Assembly: GCA_900128565.1 (NCBI GenBank)
Contig: LT635928.1
Coordinates: 1-44,779 of the forward strand
Direction of reading: 5' to 3'
From: Stramenopiles sp. TOSAG23-6
Taxonomy: Eukaryota
DNA: 44,779 bases
Part shown: one piece after another, positions 41,976 through 44,779 of the stretch
Numbering within the stretch: the stretch's first letter is position 1
Layout: the number at the start of each line of letters is the position of its first letter
Notes under the pieces: generated by a model
Told to the model about the DNA's origin: nothing
Databases searched by the model: none
Seen by the model: only the letters and a program-made list of their open reading frames with translations
Program-made: the position numbers and the translations under genes

Positions 41976-44779
41976 TTATTGTGTAAGTGTTTTCTTATTT
42001 CCACTGTATCTAAATACTTTTTTGTTTCGCTTTTTCTTCATTTTTTTTGTTTTATCACCTGAGGCAGTTGTAATAGAGCGAGCATCAGCCAACCATTTAG
42101 CTAATTGGTATGATGTGATGCCACCAGTGCCACTGCTATCGATCCGTGCAAATGATATAAGTGCAGACCTATGTGGAATATCCATTCCCAATCTTCGTAG
42201 GATTACACGAAATTCAGATAAACCAATCATCATATTGTTAAAACTATTTGTTGTGTGAGAACCAGAAGTAGAAATATTTACTTTTTCATGCTGTGAAAAA
42301 GTAACCTGGCATGTTCCTAATCTATTCATCAAAAGAGACATTCCAACTGAAAAATCGAGCTCAGAAGGTTTGCATACTCTCCCATAAGTTTCACTATTTT
42401 TCGGTGAATCTAATCCAAAAAATGAGACTATCCTAAACCCACGTTTTACACCTGCATTAATTAAAATAGTTGATAGTTGACATTCGCTGTTTTCAACCAT
42501 ATTATCTCTTAGAGTGTGAGTCCTAATTTTGATTCCATAACCATTTTTACATGCTACGAGGTCTGCTTCTAATTGCGATCGATCATTTTCATTTAGTTTA
42601 ACACTTATTTCCTTATTTTCTTTTTGCTTTTCTATAAATTTATTATCTTTAGTGTTTATATTCCCTTTATCGTCACGGGTAATTATTTCCGGTTGATCGT
42701 GTTTTTTTATATCATTTACATTGAATAAATCATTAAATATGCCATCTGTAAGCGTAAGTGAAAAATAAAACCAATATCGAATAAATATTTGCAACATATG
42801 TCTTAATAAACCTGACTCGTTTTCAGAATGTATATTTCCCACTTTTATGCTTCTATTTTGAACTTTCATAGTTCGTGTGGCTTGGTATATTTCGCGAACA
42901 ACTGAAGAATTACTGGTAAAGAAATGTACACTGATACCAACATCTAAAGCTATTAAATCACGAATTCTTTCAATATGATTTGTCAGTGCTTTCTCGGTGA
43001 GAATAAAATTGCTTTCACTGGGAGCATTATAACTATTTTGCATAACTTCAGTAGAGACATTAATATCTCGTATACTACAAATTCTGGTCCATAATGCATC
43101 ACGTTTTTGCCTATTAAAATGTGAATATATATAATATAATAAATTATCTTCAGCAAAGAGCCAACCTCTAGGTGATGAGGCATCATCTAATAAACTGTTA
43201 TGATTGTCTTCATTCTTCATTCTATTATTTTCAACAGCAATCGTATTTCTCTTTTCATGAATCACATGTGAAACTTTGAAAGATGGTTTATCATCTTCTT
43301 GAAATACAGATTGGAAACCCATACGTGGTGGTGGAATCATCATAAAATGTTTAGTGCAGAGACTTTTCCCCGTGCCGTTGTCAAAAAACCAATCACCCAC
43401 TGTCAATACACATTGACAGTAATCGCAGAGATCTACCTGTTTTGTAGAGTATGTTTTATGATCATTACGTAATAGATTATTTGTATTTACGTATTTTTTT
43501 TCGGGTTCTTTCGATCTGGATTTAATTGTGCTCTTACTTTTACTTTTACTTCTGCTTCTACTTCTACTTCTACTTCTACTTCTACTTCTACTTCTACTTC
43601 TACTTTTACTTCTAGTTCTGCTTCTACCTCTGCTTCTGCTTCTACCTCTGCTTTTGCTTCTACTTTTACTTTTACTTCTGCTTCTACTTCTACTTCTACT
43701 TCTACTTCTACTTCTACTTCTGCTTCTGCTTCTACTTCTGCTTCTACTTCTGCTTCTACTTCTGCTTCTGCTTCTGCTTCTGCTTCTGCTTCTACTTCTG
43801 CTTCTACTCCTGCTTCTACTTCTGCTTTTACTACTATTCCAATTACGTTCTTTACTCAGCTTATTAAAACGAATATGTGAGCGCTTCCATATAGGAATCC
43901 TTTTTCTCCCTCTTTTCTTTCGTTTTTTTTCAACTATTGGATTATCCAAAAGGCGCATACTCATTTTACGTACAGTGTCCAAACCATTCGCCTTTGCTAA
44001 TGTATTGACTCTATTTGGGTCGATTATTTTTTTGTTTTTTTCTTTCGAAATTCGCGTATCCATCGCATTCAACTCTTGGAGAACATCATTTGCATCTTTA
44101 AAACACTTGATAAGCACAAATTTGGTTTTACTTTCATCACACAGCTCACCCCAGTGTAATTTACACAAGTCATAGTCACAGTTTGTTTTATGAAACCAAT
44201 TGTTATACATTACATCACTGTTGCATATATCGCAGCTAAAATCCATTGCAATACTAGTAGGGTGATTTTGAATATTACTATGTTTTTTACTACGAGCGTC
44301 TTCGTTCGATGACCCCTGCAGTAAAGTACCTAGTAGAGTTGCAGGTTTGGGTAATTTGTTTTCATAAGGATTAATGGGAGATATCACTTTTACCGGATTA
44401 ATACTATTTGCTTTTATCCTAGCATTACTATTTTGACTTAATTTTGGAGGCATGTTCACTTTACCATCTTCTATACAGGCACTACCATGAGCTAGAAGTG
44501 TATTAACTTGATTCTTTAACAACATATTTCTCACCCTCCTCTGAATTGCAATAGCAGATGCTTTCGCTTTCTTTAAATAATTTCTTTGGAGTTTACCTCT
44601 GATATGTGCCAACAATTGATTTATTACCATACGCTTTAGTTGAAACTCTTGGTAATGAACATGACGTCTACATAATGATTGTATTAACGTGGCTGCATTC
44701 TTTTGATGTTTTTTATATTCTCTAATTTGCCTGCCACGCTGATGTGATTGTATTAACGTGGCTGCATATATACTGTCAT
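41976..44779 (-). CDS. 5'-truncated protein with IQ motifs, two ZZ-like Cys/His motifs, a long RS repeat and a C-terminal EF-hand
   Basis: Frame open to the window end (AATLIQSHQRG, AATLIQSLCRR, AIAIQRRVR); CDIC...YDLCKLH; DSSGTGGITSYQL. Confidence 0.75.
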   Translation of the reverse strand, partial: DSIYAATLIQSHQRGRQIREYKKHQKNAATLIQSLCRRHVHYQEFQLKRMVINQLLAHIRGKLQRNYLKKAKASAIAIQRRVRNMLLKNQVNTLLAHGSACIEDGKVNMPPKLSQNSNARIKANSINPVKVISPINPYENKLPKPATLLGTLLQGSSNEDARSKKHSNIQNHPTSIAMDFSCDICNSDVMYNNWFHKTNCDYDLCKLHWGELCDESKTKFVLIKCFKDANDVLQELNAMDTRISKEKNKKIIDPNRVNTLAKANGLDTVRKMSMRLLDNPIVEKKRKKRGRKRIPIWKRSHIRFNKLSKERNWNSSKSRSRSRSRSRSRSRSRSRSRSRSRSRSRSRSRSRSRSRSRSRSRSRSRSRSKSKSRSKSRGRSRSRGRSRTRSKSRSRSRSRSRSRSRSRSRSKSKSKSTIKSRSKEPEKKYVNTNNLLRNDHKTYSTKQVDLCDYCQCVLTVGDWFFDNGTGKSLCTKHFMMIPPPRMGFQSVFQEDDKPSFKVSHVIHEKRNTIAVENNRMKNEDNHNSLLDDASSPRGWLFAEDNLLYYIYSHFNRQKRDALWTRICSIRDINVSTEVMQNSYNAPSESNFILTEKALTNHIERIRDLIALDVGISVHFFTSNSSVVREIYQATRTMKVQNRSIKVGNIHSENESGLLRHMLQIFIRYWFYFSLTLTDGIFNDLFNVNDIKKHDQPEIITRDDKGNINTKDNKFIEKQKENKEISVKLNENDRSQLEADLVACKNGYGIKIRTHTLRDNMVENSECQLSTILINAGVKRGFRIVSFFGLDSPKNSETYGRVCKPSELDFSVGMSLLMNRLGTCQVTFSQHEKVNISTSGSHTTNSFNNMMIGLSEFRVILRRLGMDIPHRSALISFARIDSSGTGGITSYQLAKWLADARSITTASGDKTKKMKKKRNKKVFRYSGNKKTLTQ
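43533..43833 (-). repeat. Hexamer (AGYAGA)n microsatellite encoding an RS dipeptide tract
   Basis: About 300 bp of CTTCTA/CTTCTG units on the + strand. Confidence 0.95.

Noticed and set aside
43528-44175. Poly-Leu ORF on the + strand
   Set aside because: Antisense shadow of the RS microsatellite

Overview
AT-rich, gene-dense eukaryotic (protist, possibly stramenopile-like; taxon is inference) nuclear DNA with about 20 protein genes and short, often divergent intergenic spacers. Recognisable products are DHODH, a P-type H+-ATPase, NOP58 and NOP10 head-to-head, an Ariadne RBR E3 ligase, XRCC4-like, NDK, a TMF1-like golgin, a RING-MFS fusion, a DHHC palmitoyltransferase, SLC35F and an ANK-TPR protein. 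The main signal is in the introns. Of 12 introns I can place, 2 look canonical (GT-AG; one acceptor base is N). The other 10 form one sequence family of 93-111 nt (GTAYGTTTT...TACGAAATTTYGTACCTAAC...TTTTCACAATAYAT). By reading frame and spacing they end in AT (one in TT; one could alternatively use an AG), and many have a 2-nt direct repeat at the borders. This suggests an introner-like element family spliced at non-canonical GT-AT sites. Also seen: degenerate antisense copies of the element core inside a CDS, tandem duplications spanning stop codons, and TTAGGG doublets in intergenic spacers. All splicing calls are inferred from DNA only.
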